Shown here: one piece after another, positions 1 to 11,170 of the stretch | How the letters are laid out: every line of letters starts with the position of its first letter | How positions within the stretch are numbered: the stretch's first letter is position 1 | Assembly (NCBI GenBank): GCA_963732385.1 | Contig: CAVSZB010000008.1 | Coordinates: 32,001 to 96,000 of the forward strand | Direction: 5' to 3' | Source of the DNA: an uncultured bacterium | GTDB lineage: Bacteria; Krumholzibacteriota; Krumholzibacteriia; LZORAL124-64-63 | DNA length: 64,000 nucleotides | Translations under genes and position numbers: made by a program | The notes under the pieces: model-generated | Database searches by the model: none | What the model was told of the DNA's origin: nothing | What the model saw: only the letters and a program-made list of their open reading frames with translations

Positions 1-604
1 CGACGGCTACCAGGTCGTCTATGGCCTGCGGGAGAAGCGCGAGGGCGAAAGCTGGTTCAAGCTGCTGACGGCCAGGATGTTCTACAGGATCCTCAGGCGG
101 TTGACCGCCGTGGAGATCCCCGTCGACACCGGAGATTTCCGGCTGGTGGACCGACGTGTCCTGGACGAGCTCAAAACCATGCGCGAGCGGTCGCGCTTCG
201 TGCGCGGCATGGTCAGTTGGGTTGGCTTCCGACAGGGCGCGGTGTCGTACGTCCGACACGAGCGGCACGCTGGCGAGACGAAATACCCCTTCTCCAAGAT
301 GCTGAAGTTCGCCATCGACGGGTTGCTGGCCTTCTCGCAGGTTCCCCTGCGGCTCGCCTCGGGACTGGGCCTCGCGGCATCGCTGGTGAGCTTCATCTTC
401 ATGATCTACGGGGTCGTGGTCAAGTACGTCGCCCCGGCGACGGTCATTCCCGGTTGGAGCTCCATTTTCTCGGCGATCCTGTTCCTCGGCGGGGTTCAGC
501 TCATCTGTCTCGGGGTGCTCGGCGAGTACATCGGCCGCATCTACGAAGAGATCAAGAACCGGCCGCTTTATATCGTGGACGAGGAAATGAATTTCAAAGA
601 ATGA
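1..604 (+). CDS. Glycosyltransferase family 2, GtrB/ArnC-like undecaprenyl-phosphate glycosyltransferase (5' truncated by window)
   Basis: Frame open from base 2 (DGYQVVYGLR...). Motifs DTGDFRL and RHAGETKY, two C-terminal TM helices, GEYIGRIYEEIKNRPLYIV. Confidence 0.9.
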   Translation, partial: DGYQVVYGLREKREGESWFKLLTARMFYRILRRLTAVEIPVDTGDFRLVDRRVLDELKTMRERSRFVRGMVSWVGFRQGAVSYVRHERHAGETKYPFSKMLKFAIDGLLAFSQVPLRLASGLGLAASLVSFIFMIYGVVVKYVAPATVIPGWSSIFSAILFLGGVQLICLGVLGEYIGRIYEEIKNRPLYIVDEEMNFKE

Positions 605-1026
605 GTACCGGCCGACAGTTCGTGAAGTTCGGCGTGGTGGGAGTACTGAACACTGCTGTCCAGTACGTCGTCTTCATTGTCCTTTTCCGGTCATTCGGAG
701 TGCCGATGATGTTGGCGTCCGGAACCGGCTATCTGGCGGGAATCGTGAACAGCTATTTCATTAACCGCGCTTGGACCTTCCGAATGGACCGGTCCCGGAG
801 CGCCGGCGAGTTCGCTAGGTTCGTAATCGTCAACGTCCTGGCCATGGGGATGAACCTGCTGGCGTTGAAGCTGCTGGTCTCACGCTCCGGGATGCTGCCG
901 GAGGCGGCCCAGATGTGCGCCATCGGTGCCTCCCTCCTCGTAAACTTCGCGGGCAACAAGCTATGGACCTTCCGCGGGCCCGGTGGCCCGGCCGCGTTGG
1001 GCGGGAATGGAGCTGGAATTGACTAG
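601..1026 (+). CDS. GtrA-family small flippase-like membrane protein
   Basis: ATG at 601 overlaps the upstream TGA. QFVKFGVVG, NSYFINRAWTF and NFAGNKLWTF; 4 TM helices. The ORF-track start at 217 is spurious. Confidence 0.85.
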   Translation: MSTGRQFVKFGVVGVLNTAVQYVVFIVLFRSFGVPMMLASGTGYLAGIVNSYFINRAWTFRMDRSRSAGEFARFVIVNVLAMGMNLLALKLLVSRSGMLPEAAQMCAIGASLLVNFAGNKLWTFRGPGGPAALGGNGAGID

Positions 1027-1030
1027 GGAC

Positions 1031-2671
1031 ATGTCCTGGCGCCTGTCATGGTTCGTTCTGGCAGCGGCCCTCGTCCTGTCGCTGGTCCTGAAGGTTCCGC
1101 ACCTGGGCCTGGGGGCGCCCCATGTGACGATCGACGACGGCACGGCCTACAGCGGGGGTTTCTTGGTCTGGTTTGGCAACGCCCCGCCGCAGCGGATGTA
1201 CCTGGAGAGCTGGGTGAACGGCGTGTCCTCCCTGGCCGTCTACGTGGGCCGGAAGGCGGCGGTGGGAGATTTCCGGGGGCTGGGGCTGAACCTCGTGGCC
1301 GATGCCTACCGCGATTTCTACAACCATCCTGAGACCTACGTGAAGGTCTACCGCGGGCTCATGCTGGCCGTGGACCTGGCGACCGCCGCTCTCCTGCTCG
1401 CTCTGAGCCGGGCGCTCCTGCCCGGGAGGCGATTGCGCTGGGTGCCTGCCGTGGCGACCGCCATGTACCTGCTGTCCTACAACACGATCTGGTGCGACAT
1501 CGTCGCGCGCCCCGATACGTTGACGGCCTTCTTCGGCACCCTGGGACTGCTGGGCTACTACCGTTCGGATTTCGGCCGGCGGCGGCCGCCCTTCTATCTG
1601 GCGGCCGTCGCGTTCGGCCTGTGCGCGGGCATGAAGTTACACGGGGCTTTCTTCGTCGTCTTCATCCTGCTGGACATGGTCCGCGAGCACGGGTTGCGCA
1701 GGGGCTTGGCCACCGCTGCCCCGTTCGTGCTCGTCGCCGTATCCGTCTTCGCCGTGGCGGCAGGGACGCCTCTTTTCGATCCCCTGAAGTACGTCAAACT
1801 GCGGATGCTCAACGTGGCCGACGACAAGTCGCCGTGGATCCAATGGGGGGACCAGGTGGTGACAGCGTTGCGGGGTGCCGGCTGGCTGGTCCTGCCTCTG
1901 GTCGTATGGTCGGCGGTGGTGGCTTGGCGCGAACGAGCGGAGGCCGAGCAGAACCGGCTGCGCAGCCTGGCCCTGCTGGCCTCCTGTTGGCTGCTGCTCT
2001 TCCTGAGCCTCCGCCAGCTGCGCGCGTATTGGATGCTGCCTGCCCTGCCGCTGTTCTACCTGGCGGCCCTGGCATCGCTGGCGCGCCTGCGACGGGGGCG
2101 CCTGGTCGCCGTCGTGGTCGCGGCGCTGCTGCTGGCTCTGGGTTGGCAGAGCGTGGAGCAGGCCCGGAAGCTGCGCCGGGTGGGCTACGGGGAGCTGCGC
2201 GAGTGGGTGCGGGCGAACGTGCGCGCGGAAGAGCCTTTCTTCATCTTTGGTTACAGTGCCCTGGACCTCCCGAAGAATACGCAATGCATGTCGAAGACCC
2301 GGCAGGGCCTGGAGCGGGGCTTGGTCGCCGACCTGGCCGCCGGCGTTCCCTACGTCGAGCGCCACCTGAAGAACTGGGAGGAGCAGTCCGCGCTCGCGCT
2401 GATGGACCTGCTCGGATTCCGCAACGAGCCGGGGTGGGAGTTCTACAGCTACTACGCCACGCCCCTGGACCGCTTCCGAGGCATCGTCGACATCGATGAC
2501 ATGCGGTATCTCGTCGTCCAGGAGGGTTTCAATAGCCCTCCCGATTTCCCGCTCGGGGATTATCTGGCGGAGCATTTCGACCTCGCGGCCGCGGACGTCA
2601 CCGGCAACGGGGGAGGCGGCTTCGGCCTAGCCTACCAAATCTACAGGCGCAGGGGCGGGGATGCGAACTGA
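1031..2671 (+). CDS. Polytopic membrane glycosyltransferase (GT-C fold, ArnT/PMT-like)
   Basis: About 11 hydrophobic segments, acidic IDD motif after TM1, RPD and GMK motifs, C-terminal soluble domain. Follows gtrB/gtrA. Start may be 1007 or 1031. Confidence 0.65.
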   Translation: MSWRLSWFVLAAALVLSLVLKVPHLGLGAPHVTIDDGTAYSGGFLVWFGNAPPQRMYLESWVNGVSSLAVYVGRKAAVGDFRGLGLNLVADAYRDFYNHPETYVKVYRGLMLAVDLATAALLLALSRALLPGRRLRWVPAVATAMYLLSYNTIWCDIVARPDTLTAFFGTLGLLGYYRSDFGRRRPPFYLAAVAFGLCAGMKLHGAFFVVFILLDMVREHGLRRGLATAAPFVLVAVSVFAVAAGTPLFDPLKYVKLRMLNVADDKSPWIQWGDQVVTALRGAGWLVLPLVVWSAVVAWRERAEAEQNRLRSLALLASCWLLLFLSLRQLRAYWMLPALPLFYLAALASLARLRRGRLVAVVVAALLLALGWQSVEQARKLRRVGYGELREWVRANVRAEEPFFIFGYSALDLPKNTQCMSKTRQGLERGLVADLAAGVPYVERHLKNWEEQSALALMDLLGFRNEPGWEFYSYYATPLDRFRGIVDIDDMRYLVVQEGFNSPPDFPLGDYLAEHFDLAAADVTGNGGGGFGLAYQIYRRRGGDAN

Positions 2672-3833
2672 TCCCCTGCGCATCCTTCATTTCATCGACA
2701 GCGGCGGTCTCTACGGCGCCGAGAAGGTCATTCTGAACCTCTCGCGGCGGATGCTGGCCTCGCCGGACTACCGGCCCCTGGTCGGCTGCATCGTCTCGCG
2801 TCCGGACGAGCCCTGCGAGCTTTACGACGAGGCGAGGCGGCAGGGCATCGAGGCTCTGCGCCTGGTCATTCGCAATGGCCGCTTGGCCGAGGACCTGCCG
2901 CGCGTGGGCCGCAGGCTGCGGCGGGAGGGCGTCGGTCTGGTTCATTCCCACGGCTACAAAGCGTCGGTGTTCGGCTTCCTGTGCCGGCCCTGGTCGGGGG
3001 CGCCGGTCACCGCGACCTGCCACCTGTGGTTCAAGGGCGAGGGGCAGCCCCTGAAGATGAAGGCCATGCTGGTCGCCGAGAAACTGGTTTACCGCCGTTA
3101 CCGGGACATCGTCGGCGTTTCGCGACCGATCCGCGACATTCTGGTGGCGTCCGGCGTGCCCGCCGATAGGATCCACATCATCGAAAACGGGGTGGAGGTT
3201 GGCGAACGGTCCTCCCTCGACCCGGGCGCGGCGGCCGGGCTGAGGCGTAGCCTTGACCTGCCCGAAGAAGCGTTCCTCGTCTTTCACGCTGCGCGGTTGA
3301 ACCGACAGAAGGGGCAGGCGGACATCGTCAGGGCGGCCGCGCGCCTGCGGGCGGAGGGCGAGGACGTCCGCTTCCTGATCGTCGGTGACGGCCCGCTTGA
3401 GGGGGAACTGAAGGCGTTGGCGCAGGCGGAGGGGGTCGCGGACGTCGTGGTCTTCGGCGGCTTCCGCAAGGACATCGACGATCTGCTGCAGCTGGCCGAC
3501 GTGTTCGTGCTGCCCTCGCTGGACGAGGGAATGCCCATGAGCCTGCTCGAAGCGGTGTCGCGCCGCGTGCCGGTGGTTGCCACCGCGGTCGGTGACATTC
3601 CCCTCGTGATCGAACACGAGCGCTCGGGATTGATCGTGCCGCGCGGGGACGCTGCGGAGTTGGCGGCAGCCATCCGGAGGATCCTGCTGGACCCGCCGCA
3701 TGCGGCGATGATGGCCGAGAAGGCCCTGGAAGCGGTGCGGCGCGGCTATTCGAGCGAGGCGATGTTCGCGAAGTATGCCCAGATCTATTCCCGTTATGCC
3801 GGGCCCGAGGCTGCCGACGGAGGCGCAACTTGA
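2661..3833 (+). CDS. Glycosyltransferase family 4 (GT-B)
   Basis: GGLYGAE, VHSHG, IENGV and VLPSLDEGMPMSLLEA (E-x7-E). Confidence 0.9.
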   Translation: MRTDPLRILHFIDSGGLYGAEKVILNLSRRMLASPDYRPLVGCIVSRPDEPCELYDEARRQGIEALRLVIRNGRLAEDLPRVGRRLRREGVGLVHSHGYKASVFGFLCRPWSGAPVTATCHLWFKGEGQPLKMKAMLVAEKLVYRRYRDIVGVSRPIRDILVASGVPADRIHIIENGVEVGERSSLDPGAAAGLRRSLDLPEEAFLVFHAARLNRQKGQADIVRAAARLRAEGEDVRFLIVGDGPLEGELKALAQAEGVADVVVFGGFRKDIDDLLQLADVFVLPSLDEGMPMSLLEAVSRRVPVVATAVGDIPLVIEHERSGLIVPRGDAAELAAAIRRILLDPPHAAMMAEKALEAVRRGYSSEAMFAKYAQIYSRYAGPEAADGGAT

Positions 3834-5407
3834 GCGAGACCAGAGGCACGATGAAGCACGCGGCGGTGTACAGCGCGGCCGCGATGCTGGGCCGCATGGC
3901 GGGCTTCCTGATGCTGCCCTTCTACGCACACATGCTGCAGGCCAACGGGTATGGGATCATCAGCCTGCTGGACGTGGGCCTGACCTTTCTGGCGACCATG
4001 GGTGGTACCAGCTCGTACCTGGCGATTATGCGCAACTACCACGACGAGACCGATCCCGCCGAGAAGATGAAGGTGATCAGTACCGGCTTCTACCTTGTGA
4101 CCTTCGGCTCCGTCGTCCTGACCCTGCCCTTCATCATCTTTGCCAAGCCGCTAGCAGCGTCTTTTCTGGATGGCCCGGAACAGGGACGCCTGATCATCCT
4201 GTCCATGCTCACCTTCATCGCCAACATGAGCGGCCAGGCGGCGACCACCTGGCTGGTGATCCGACAGCGTTCGATGTTGTACGGCGCCATCAACCTCGTT
4301 CGGCTGTTCGTGAGCCTGTCGCTGAACATCTGGCTTATCGTCGTTCGGGAAATGGGGCTGGACGGGTATTTCCTCAGCGGGCTGATTTCGGCGGCGCTTT
4401 TCTCGATCGTGTACATTTGGATTATCTTCCATGACTGCGGCAGGGCCTACAGCAAAGACATCGCCCGGCGCATCCGCGATTTCCTTTTCCCCCTGGTTCC
4501 GGGCAACCTGGTCCGCTTCGTCTCGCGGCAGTTCGAGAAAGTATTCGTCCGCTTCCGGATCGACATGAACTCGGTGGGCATTCTCGAGATGGCCTATCGC
4601 TTCCCCATCCTGATCTCGATGCTGATCGTGAACCCGTTCATGTCGGCCTGGGACACGAAGCGCTTCGAGATCGCCGACCAGCCCGGCGCGCCCGTGGTCA
4701 TCGGCAGAATGTATACCTGGTTCTTGTTCCTCATGACGTTCGGCGGTCTCATCCTGGCGGTCAACATAGATCTCATCCTGCAGGTCCTGACGCCGCCCGA
4801 GTTCCACCTGGCCCACAGGATCGCGCGCATTGAGATCGTCACGCTCATCCTCCAGGGATCCACGGCACACATGGTCTTCGGACTGCTCTATGCCAAGCAA
4901 ACCGGGCTCATCTCGAAGATCAACGCGGTGGTCGCGGTGGGCAAGGTCGGCCTGGCTTGGTTCCTGATCTCGCACTTCGGCATCTACGGGGCCGCCTTCT
5001 CGGCCGCGGTCGCGGAGATGGCCAACCTGCTGGTCTCATTCTTCCTGGCCCGGCGCCGGTACCGCATGGTGCTGGAATGGCCGAAGATATGGGTCATGGC
5101 GGGGCTGTCCGTCGGCATCTTTGTCGCGCTCGTCCGCTGGGACGTGTCGGGTTTTCCGCTGTTTGTCTACGTGAGGGACGACCTGTTGGTGCGCATCCAC
5201 GACGTGGCGTCGGGCACGTTCCTGGCCAAATGGAAGGGGGGCAAGCTGCCCGCCATGCTGCTGGCGGAGGCCGGGCCGGTTGCCGAGCTGATGCTCAAGA
5301 TCCCGCTCTCGGCGTCCTTCGGCCTCCTGTTGCCGTTCATCCACCGCGAATCGCGGTTGAAGATGGCGGCCACCCTGCGGTCCGGAATGGCGAGGTTCAG
5401 CCGCTGA
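3830..5407 (+). CDS. Wzx-like polysaccharide flippase (MOP/MATE superfamily)
   Basis: 12-14 TM helices; GFLMLPFYAHML..YG start typical of RfbX/Wzx; located in a glycosyltransferase cluster. Confidence 0.8.
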   Translation: MSETRGTMKHAAVYSAAAMLGRMAGFLMLPFYAHMLQANGYGIISLLDVGLTFLATMGGTSSYLAIMRNYHDETDPAEKMKVISTGFYLVTFGSVVLTLPFIIFAKPLAASFLDGPEQGRLIILSMLTFIANMSGQAATTWLVIRQRSMLYGAINLVRLFVSLSLNIWLIVVREMGLDGYFLSGLISAALFSIVYIWIIFHDCGRAYSKDIARRIRDFLFPLVPGNLVRFVSRQFEKVFVRFRIDMNSVGILEMAYRFPILISMLIVNPFMSAWDTKRFEIADQPGAPVVIGRMYTWFLFLMTFGGLILAVNIDLILQVLTPPEFHLAHRIARIEIVTLILQGSTAHMVFGLLYAKQTGLISKINAVVAVGKVGLAWFLISHFGIYGAAFSAAVAEMANLLVSFFLARRRYRMVLEWPKIWVMAGLSVGIFVALVRWDVSGFPLFVYVRDDLLVRIHDVASGTFLAKWKGGKLPAMLLAEAGPVAELMLKIPLSASFGLLLPFIHRESRLKMAATLRSGMARFSR

Positions 5408-5545
5408 AATGGGACGTGGGTTCCCGGCAGGCGCTCTGATTTGGCCCAAGGGTTTGGGTTGAGGACAGATTTTTGCGCCGAGCCGGAGCAGAATCGGCGC
5501 AGGAATCGTCAGGTCGCTTCGCGTCAGTAGCGAAGGTGAAGACCG

Positions 5546-5886
5546 GGGAGTGCAATTCCAGCTGTGCAAGCGGCCATGGCGCAGGTTCTCCAATAAGGAG
5601 GGGCCCCGATGGCGAAGAAACATCCGGACCAGACCGACAAGCGCGTCGACGAGTGGGCGAAGTACGCAATGGCCTAGCCAGCAAGCTGATTATGGGTGGT
5701 GATGGCGAGACGGAGATCGCTGTCCCGCGCGATCGCAACAGGGACTTCGAGCCGCAGTTGGTGCGCAAGCGACAGGCTCGTCTCCCGGGCTTTGACGAGA
5801 AGGTGCCTTCGCTGTGAGTGCGCGGCTTGACCACGCGGGAGCTGCAGGACCACCTGCGCGAGATCTGTCGTCCCGCCAGGGAGTGA
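5546..5886 (+). mobile_element. Decayed IS256-family element (left end plus transposase fragment)
   Basis: IS256-like left-end sequence GGGAGTGC..CTGTGCAAGCGGCCATGG at about 5546. RBS and ATG at 5609. Transposase motif RNG..KLI..DGETEIAVPRDRNRDFEPQLVRKRQARLPGFDEK, in-frame TGA at 5815, then VRGLTTRELQDHLREI. Confidence 0.8.
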
Positions 5887-5887
5887 C

Positions 5888-7033
5888 GTGAGCATTGCAC
5901 GCGGGATTCTTGCGGTCTGCCTCGCCATGCTGGCGTATGTCTACGCAGGCTATCCAATGCTGATCCGCCTCCTGGCGGGAGGGTTGCGTCGGCGCGTGGC
6001 TTCCGCGCCATGCGTCCCGTCGGTCACCGTGCTGATCGCCGCCCACAACGAAGCGAAACACGTCGTGGAGACGGTGCGGAACAAGCTCGCGCAGGACTAT
6101 CCGGTGGACCAGCTTGAAGTGATAGTGGTCTCCGATGGTTCGACCGATGGCACCGATGAGCTCGTGCGCGACATCGCCGACTCGCGCGTGCAATTGGTGC
6201 GGCAGGAGCCGCGGGCTGGCAAGACCGCTGGACTCAATCTTGTCGTGCCGCGCGCTCGCGGCGAGATTCTCGCCTTTGCCGACGCCAACTCCCTCTGGGC
6301 GCCCGATGCGCTGGCGCGTCTCGTCGAGTCGTTCGCTGACGCCACTGTCGGTTATGTGACCGGACGCATGGCCTACCGTGCGCCCGACGGCTCGCTCACT
6401 GGCGAGGGGTGCTCCACGTATATGCGCTACGAAAATGCCCTCCGCACGTGGGAGACCGCCTGTGGCTCGATAGTAGGCGTTGATGGTGGTATCGACGCTG
6501 TCCGGCGCGAACTCTACGTCCCGATGCGGGCGGACCAGCTGCCTGACTTTGTCCTGCCATTGCAGGTGCGCGGGCACGGCTTCCGGGTTGTTTACGAGCC
6601 GCGGGCCTTGCTCTACGAGGACGCACTCGCCGCGGCCGGCGATGAATTCCGGATGCGGGTGCGCGTCAGCCTGCGCGCGTTGCACGCGCTGCGCGACATG
6701 CGAGCGTTGTCCAATCCGCTGCGTTTCGGCCTGTTCGCTTGGCAACTCTGGTCGCACAAGTGGCTGCGCTACCTTGCGCCGTTGTTTCAGGCCGGCGCGT
6801 TTGTTGCCAACGTCGCGTTGGCCTGGGGGCCGGGGGCGATCGGGAAGGGGCTACTCGCCGCGCAGCTTCTGTTTTACGCCCTGGCCTGGATCGGCCACCG
6901 GAATCGCGCCGGCGACAGCCCGCGCCTGATTACTTTGGCGTATTACCTCTGTCTGGTGAACGCTGCTGCCGGCGTGGCGCTATGGCGCTTCTTGCGCGGC
7001 CAGCGGCAGGTCATCTGGCAGCCGCGAACCTGA
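5888..7033 (+). CDS. Glycosyltransferase family 2 (CESA-like, EPS-associated)
   Basis: IAAHNE, VSDGSTD, FADAN (DxD) and EFRMRVR; N- and C-terminal TM helices. Confidence 0.9.
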   Translation: MSIARGILAVCLAMLAYVYAGYPMLIRLLAGGLRRRVASAPCVPSVTVLIAAHNEAKHVVETVRNKLAQDYPVDQLEVIVVSDGSTDGTDELVRDIADSRVQLVRQEPRAGKTAGLNLVVPRARGEILAFADANSLWAPDALARLVESFADATVGYVTGRMAYRAPDGSLTGEGCSTYMRYENALRTWETACGSIVGVDGGIDAVRRELYVPMRADQLPDFVLPLQVRGHGFRVVYEPRALLYEDALAAAGDEFRMRVRVSLRALHALRDMRALSNPLRFGLFAWQLWSHKWLRYLAPLFQAGAFVANVALAWGPGAIGKGLLAAQLLFYALAWIGHRNRAGDSPRLITLAYYLCLVNAAAGVALWRFLRGQRQVIWQPRT

Positions 7034-7047
7034 GAGGGAACATTTCG

Positions 7048-8022
7048 TTGCGATTCCCTGAGCGTTTTCGCGGGCGAACGACAAAGTCAGCCTTCGTGTG
7101 CGCCCTGCATGGCTGGCTGCCGCCTCCGGGTCTGCGGCTGCGCGCCGGGGCCCTGCTGCTGCTGGTCCTGATCCTGTTCTTCGTGCCGCTGCCGGAAGAT
7201 TTCAAACGCTATCGCTGGCTCTCCATTCCCAGCGACCTGGTGCACGTGCCGCTGCTCGGCCTGCTCACCTGGGCGTTGCAGGCGCGCGGTCCGCTGCGCG
7301 GTCGGCCGGTGGCCGCGGCGGCGGCGACCGTTCTGGTGGGGCTGGCGATCGAGCTGGTGCAGTCGGTGACCGGTCGCGAGATGAGCCTGATCGACCTGGC
7401 GCTCGACGCTGCGGGGGCTGGGCTGGCGGTGTGCTGGGCGCGTCGGCGCGCCTGGCCGGCCACGGCGCTCGCCGCGGTGTTGGCGCTCTGTCTCGCCGTT
7501 CCTCTCTGGCATCTCTGGCCGGAGTGGAACCTCATCGCCGCCGAGCGTCTGGCGACGCGGCGCTTTCCTCTGCTGGCCGACTTCGAGTCGCCCGTAGAGC
7601 TGGGGAACTGGCGCCCCAACCACCACGGCTGGCTGCGGCGCGTGCCGCGCGCGGAGGGGGGGCATGCGCTCGCCATCACCGGCGCGCCGCCGGAGAGCTA
7701 CCCCGGCGCCAACCTGAACGGCTTCCCTCGCGACTGGACCGGCCACCGCCGGCTCGAGTGGGACGCCCGGGTCACGACCGCCGACTCGGTCCGCTTCATC
7801 GTTCGCCTCGATGATTTCGCCGCCCGTCGCGACGGCGCCTGGCTGGCCGCCCGCTTCACCGCAGGTCGTGCGTGGCGTCACTTCGTTTGGGAGCCGACCG
7901 ACGCTTTTGGCCGCAAACCGTCGCGCTCCCAGCAGCGCAACGATATGGACGGCGTCACGATCTACATCGCCCGGCCGGCCGTCCCGGTCACCCTGGAGAT
8001 CGATAATCTGCGGCTGCAATAG
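7048..8022 (+). CDS. VanZ-like membrane protein with C-terminal carbohydrate-binding-like beta-sandwich
   Basis: In-frame TTG at 7048 after GAGGGA. DLVHVPL and IELVQSVTGR..DLALD (VanZ-like). C-terminal LADFES...PRDW...IDNLRL. Confidence 0.7.
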   Translation: MRFPERFRGRTTKSAFVCALHGWLPPPGLRLRAGALLLLVLILFFVPLPEDFKRYRWLSIPSDLVHVPLLGLLTWALQARGPLRGRPVAAAAATVLVGLAIELVQSVTGREMSLIDLALDAAGAGLAVCWARRRAWPATALAAVLALCLAVPLWHLWPEWNLIAAERLATRRFPLLADFESPVELGNWRPNHHGWLRRVPRAEGGHALAITGAPPESYPGANLNGFPRDWTGHRRLEWDARVTTADSVRFIVRLDDFAARRDGAWLAARFTAGRAWRHFVWEPTDAFGRKPSRSQQRNDMDGVTIYIARPAVPVTLEIDNLRLQ

Positions 8023-8064
8023 GCCGGGGCGCGATGGTTCGCCGCCGGCGTCCCTCAACCACGC

Positions 8065-8095
8065 TTGCCAGCGCCCCGGTCGCGGGGTATAGATT
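8065..8095 (+). promoter_or_regulatory. Candidate sigma70 promoter for ispF-ddl-cysS
   Basis: TTGCCA-N17-TATAGA(TT) upstream of an AGGAGG RBS. Confidence 0.45.
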
Positions 8096-8128
8096 CCCCG
8101 CATCCGGGGAGTTACAGGAGGTCCGGGC

Positions 8129-8614
8129 GTGTTGCGCATCGGCGTCGGATGGGACCGGCACCGGCTCGTGCCGGGGCGGGCGTGTGTGCTGGGCGGCGTG
8201 CGGTTTCCCGACTGTCCGCTGGGGCCACTGGGGCACTCAGACGGCGACGTCGTGGCGCACGCCATCATCGACGCGCTACTGGGCGCGGCGGCGCTGGGCG
8301 ACATCGGGCGCCATTTTCCCGACACCGATCCCGCCTGGGCCGGCGCCGACAGCCTCGATCTGCTGCGCCGCGCCGTGGCGCTGGTGGCGGAGGCGGGGTG
8401 GCGGGTGGTCAATGTCGATGCGACAGTTATCACTGAACTGCCGGCCATCGCCCCGCGCGCCGACGATATGGCGGTCGCGCTGGCCGGGCCGCTCGGTGTG
8501 GCGCCGGACGCGGTCTCCGTCAAGGGGACCCGCGGCGAGGGGCTCGGCCCGGAGGGCCAGGGCGAGTGTGTCACCGCGCAGGCAGTGGCCCTGCTGATCA
8601 CCGCCGACGCGTGA
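8129..8614 (+). CDS. ispF: 2-C-methyl-D-erythritol 2,4-cyclodiphosphate synthase
   Basis: RIGVGWDRH, GHSDGDV..HA..DALLGA..LGDIG.HFPD. Confidence 0.95.
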   Translation: MLRIGVGWDRHRLVPGRACVLGGVRFPDCPLGPLGHSDGDVVAHAIIDALLGAAALGDIGRHFPDTDPAWAGADSLDLLRRAVALVAEAGWRVVNVDATVITELPAIAPRADDMAVALAGPLGVAPDAVSVKGTRGEGLGPEGQGECVTAQAVALLITADA

Positions 8615-8657
8615 GCGGCGGCGGGCGCGCGACCGGCGCGCAGGGAGGACACCAGGC

Positions 8658-9721
<1,064 letters not shown>

Positions 9722-9722
<1 letters not shown>

Positions 9723-11170
9723 TGGCGCTGCACGTCTGGGACCACATCGCGCGGGCGAAGCGGAAGTTCGAGCCGATCCGGCCGGGCCAGGTCGGCATGT
9801 ACGTCTGCGGCATGACCGTGCAGGACAAGCCGCACGTCGGCCACATGTTCGCTTTCGTGGCCTGCGACATGGTGCGCCGCTACCTTGAGTTCCTCGGGTA
9901 CCAGGTGACGCACGTCCAGAACTTCACCGACATCGACGACAAGATCATCGTCAAGGCGCAGGCCGAGGGGGTCGACTACCGCGTCGTGGCCGATCGCAAC
10001 ATCGCTGCCTTCCACGATGCCGCGGCGAAGCTCCGTCTTCAGCCGGCCCACCACTACCCGCTCGCCACCGACCACATCGACGGCATCATCGCCTTCACGC
10101 AGCGCCTGATCGATGCCGGCAACGCCTACGCCGTCGACGGCGACGTCTACTTCGACGTCCGCTCGTTCCCCGACTACGGCCGCCTCTCCGGCCGCCACGT
10201 CGACGACATGCGCTCGGGCATCCGCATCGAGGTGGGCGAGAAGAAACGCGACCCCCTCGATTTCGCCCTCTGGAAAGCCGCCAAACCGGGCGAACCGGCC
10301 TGGGACTCCCCCTGGGGCGCCGGCCGCCCCGGCTGGCACATCGAGTGTTCAGTCATGTCGATCGGCCTGCTCGGCGAACACTTCGACTTCCACGGCGGCG
10401 GCCAGGACCTGCTGTTCCCCCACCATGAAAACGAGCGCGCCCAGTCGTGCGCCTGCACCGGCCACGCCTTCGTCAATTTCTGGCTCCACAACGGCCTGCT
10501 GTATCTCGGCGACAAGAAGATGTCCAAGTCCGACGGCAACTTCTTCGCCATGGCGGACGTGCTCGCCAAGATCCGGCCCGAAGTCCTGCGGTTCTTCCTG
10601 CTCAACGCGCACTTTCGCAGCCAGATCGACTACAGCGAGGAGCGCCTGCAGGAGGCGGCCGCGGCCCTGGAACGGCTGACCCGCGGCACCGCCCGCCTCG
10701 TTGCCGCCCTCGCCTCCGACGTCGCCCCCGTTCCCGAAGGCCTGATCTCGGCCCCCGGCGAGACGCTCGCCAAGTCGGTCCGCGACGCCCGTCGCCGCTT
10801 CTTCGCCGCCATGGACGACGACTTCAACTCCGGCGGCGCCATCGGCGTCCTCTTCGGCCTCGTGCGCGACCTGAACCAGTACTTCGCCACTGCCGGCGAG
10901 AAGGTGCTCGACCGCGGCGTGCTGGAAGAGGCGAAGCAGCTGCTGACGGAGGCCGACGCGATCCTGGCGCTGCTGCCCGACGGAGTGGAGGGGTGCGCCG
11001 CGGCGACCGACGATGTCCCCGCTGACGTCCGCGCTCTCGTCGCCGAGCGGGAGGCGGCGCGCAAGTCGCGCGATTGGGCCCGTGCCGACGCGCTGCGCAC
11101 CGGGCTGCTGGCCAGGGGGTGGCTGGTGGAGGACGGCGCGGGGGGTTCGGCGGTGCGGCGGAGCGGGTGA
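9722..11170 (+). CDS. cysS: Cysteine--tRNA ligase
   Basis: ATG overlaps the ddl TGA. YVCG, HVGH, NFTDIDDKII, DFALWK, GRPGWHIECS, FPHHENE, KMSKS. Confidence 0.96.

Noticed and set aside
5473..5817. 114-aa ORF as an intact gene
   Set aside because: Only its 3' half matches an IS256 transposase, and the similarity continues past the stop codon, so it is a pseudogene fragment.
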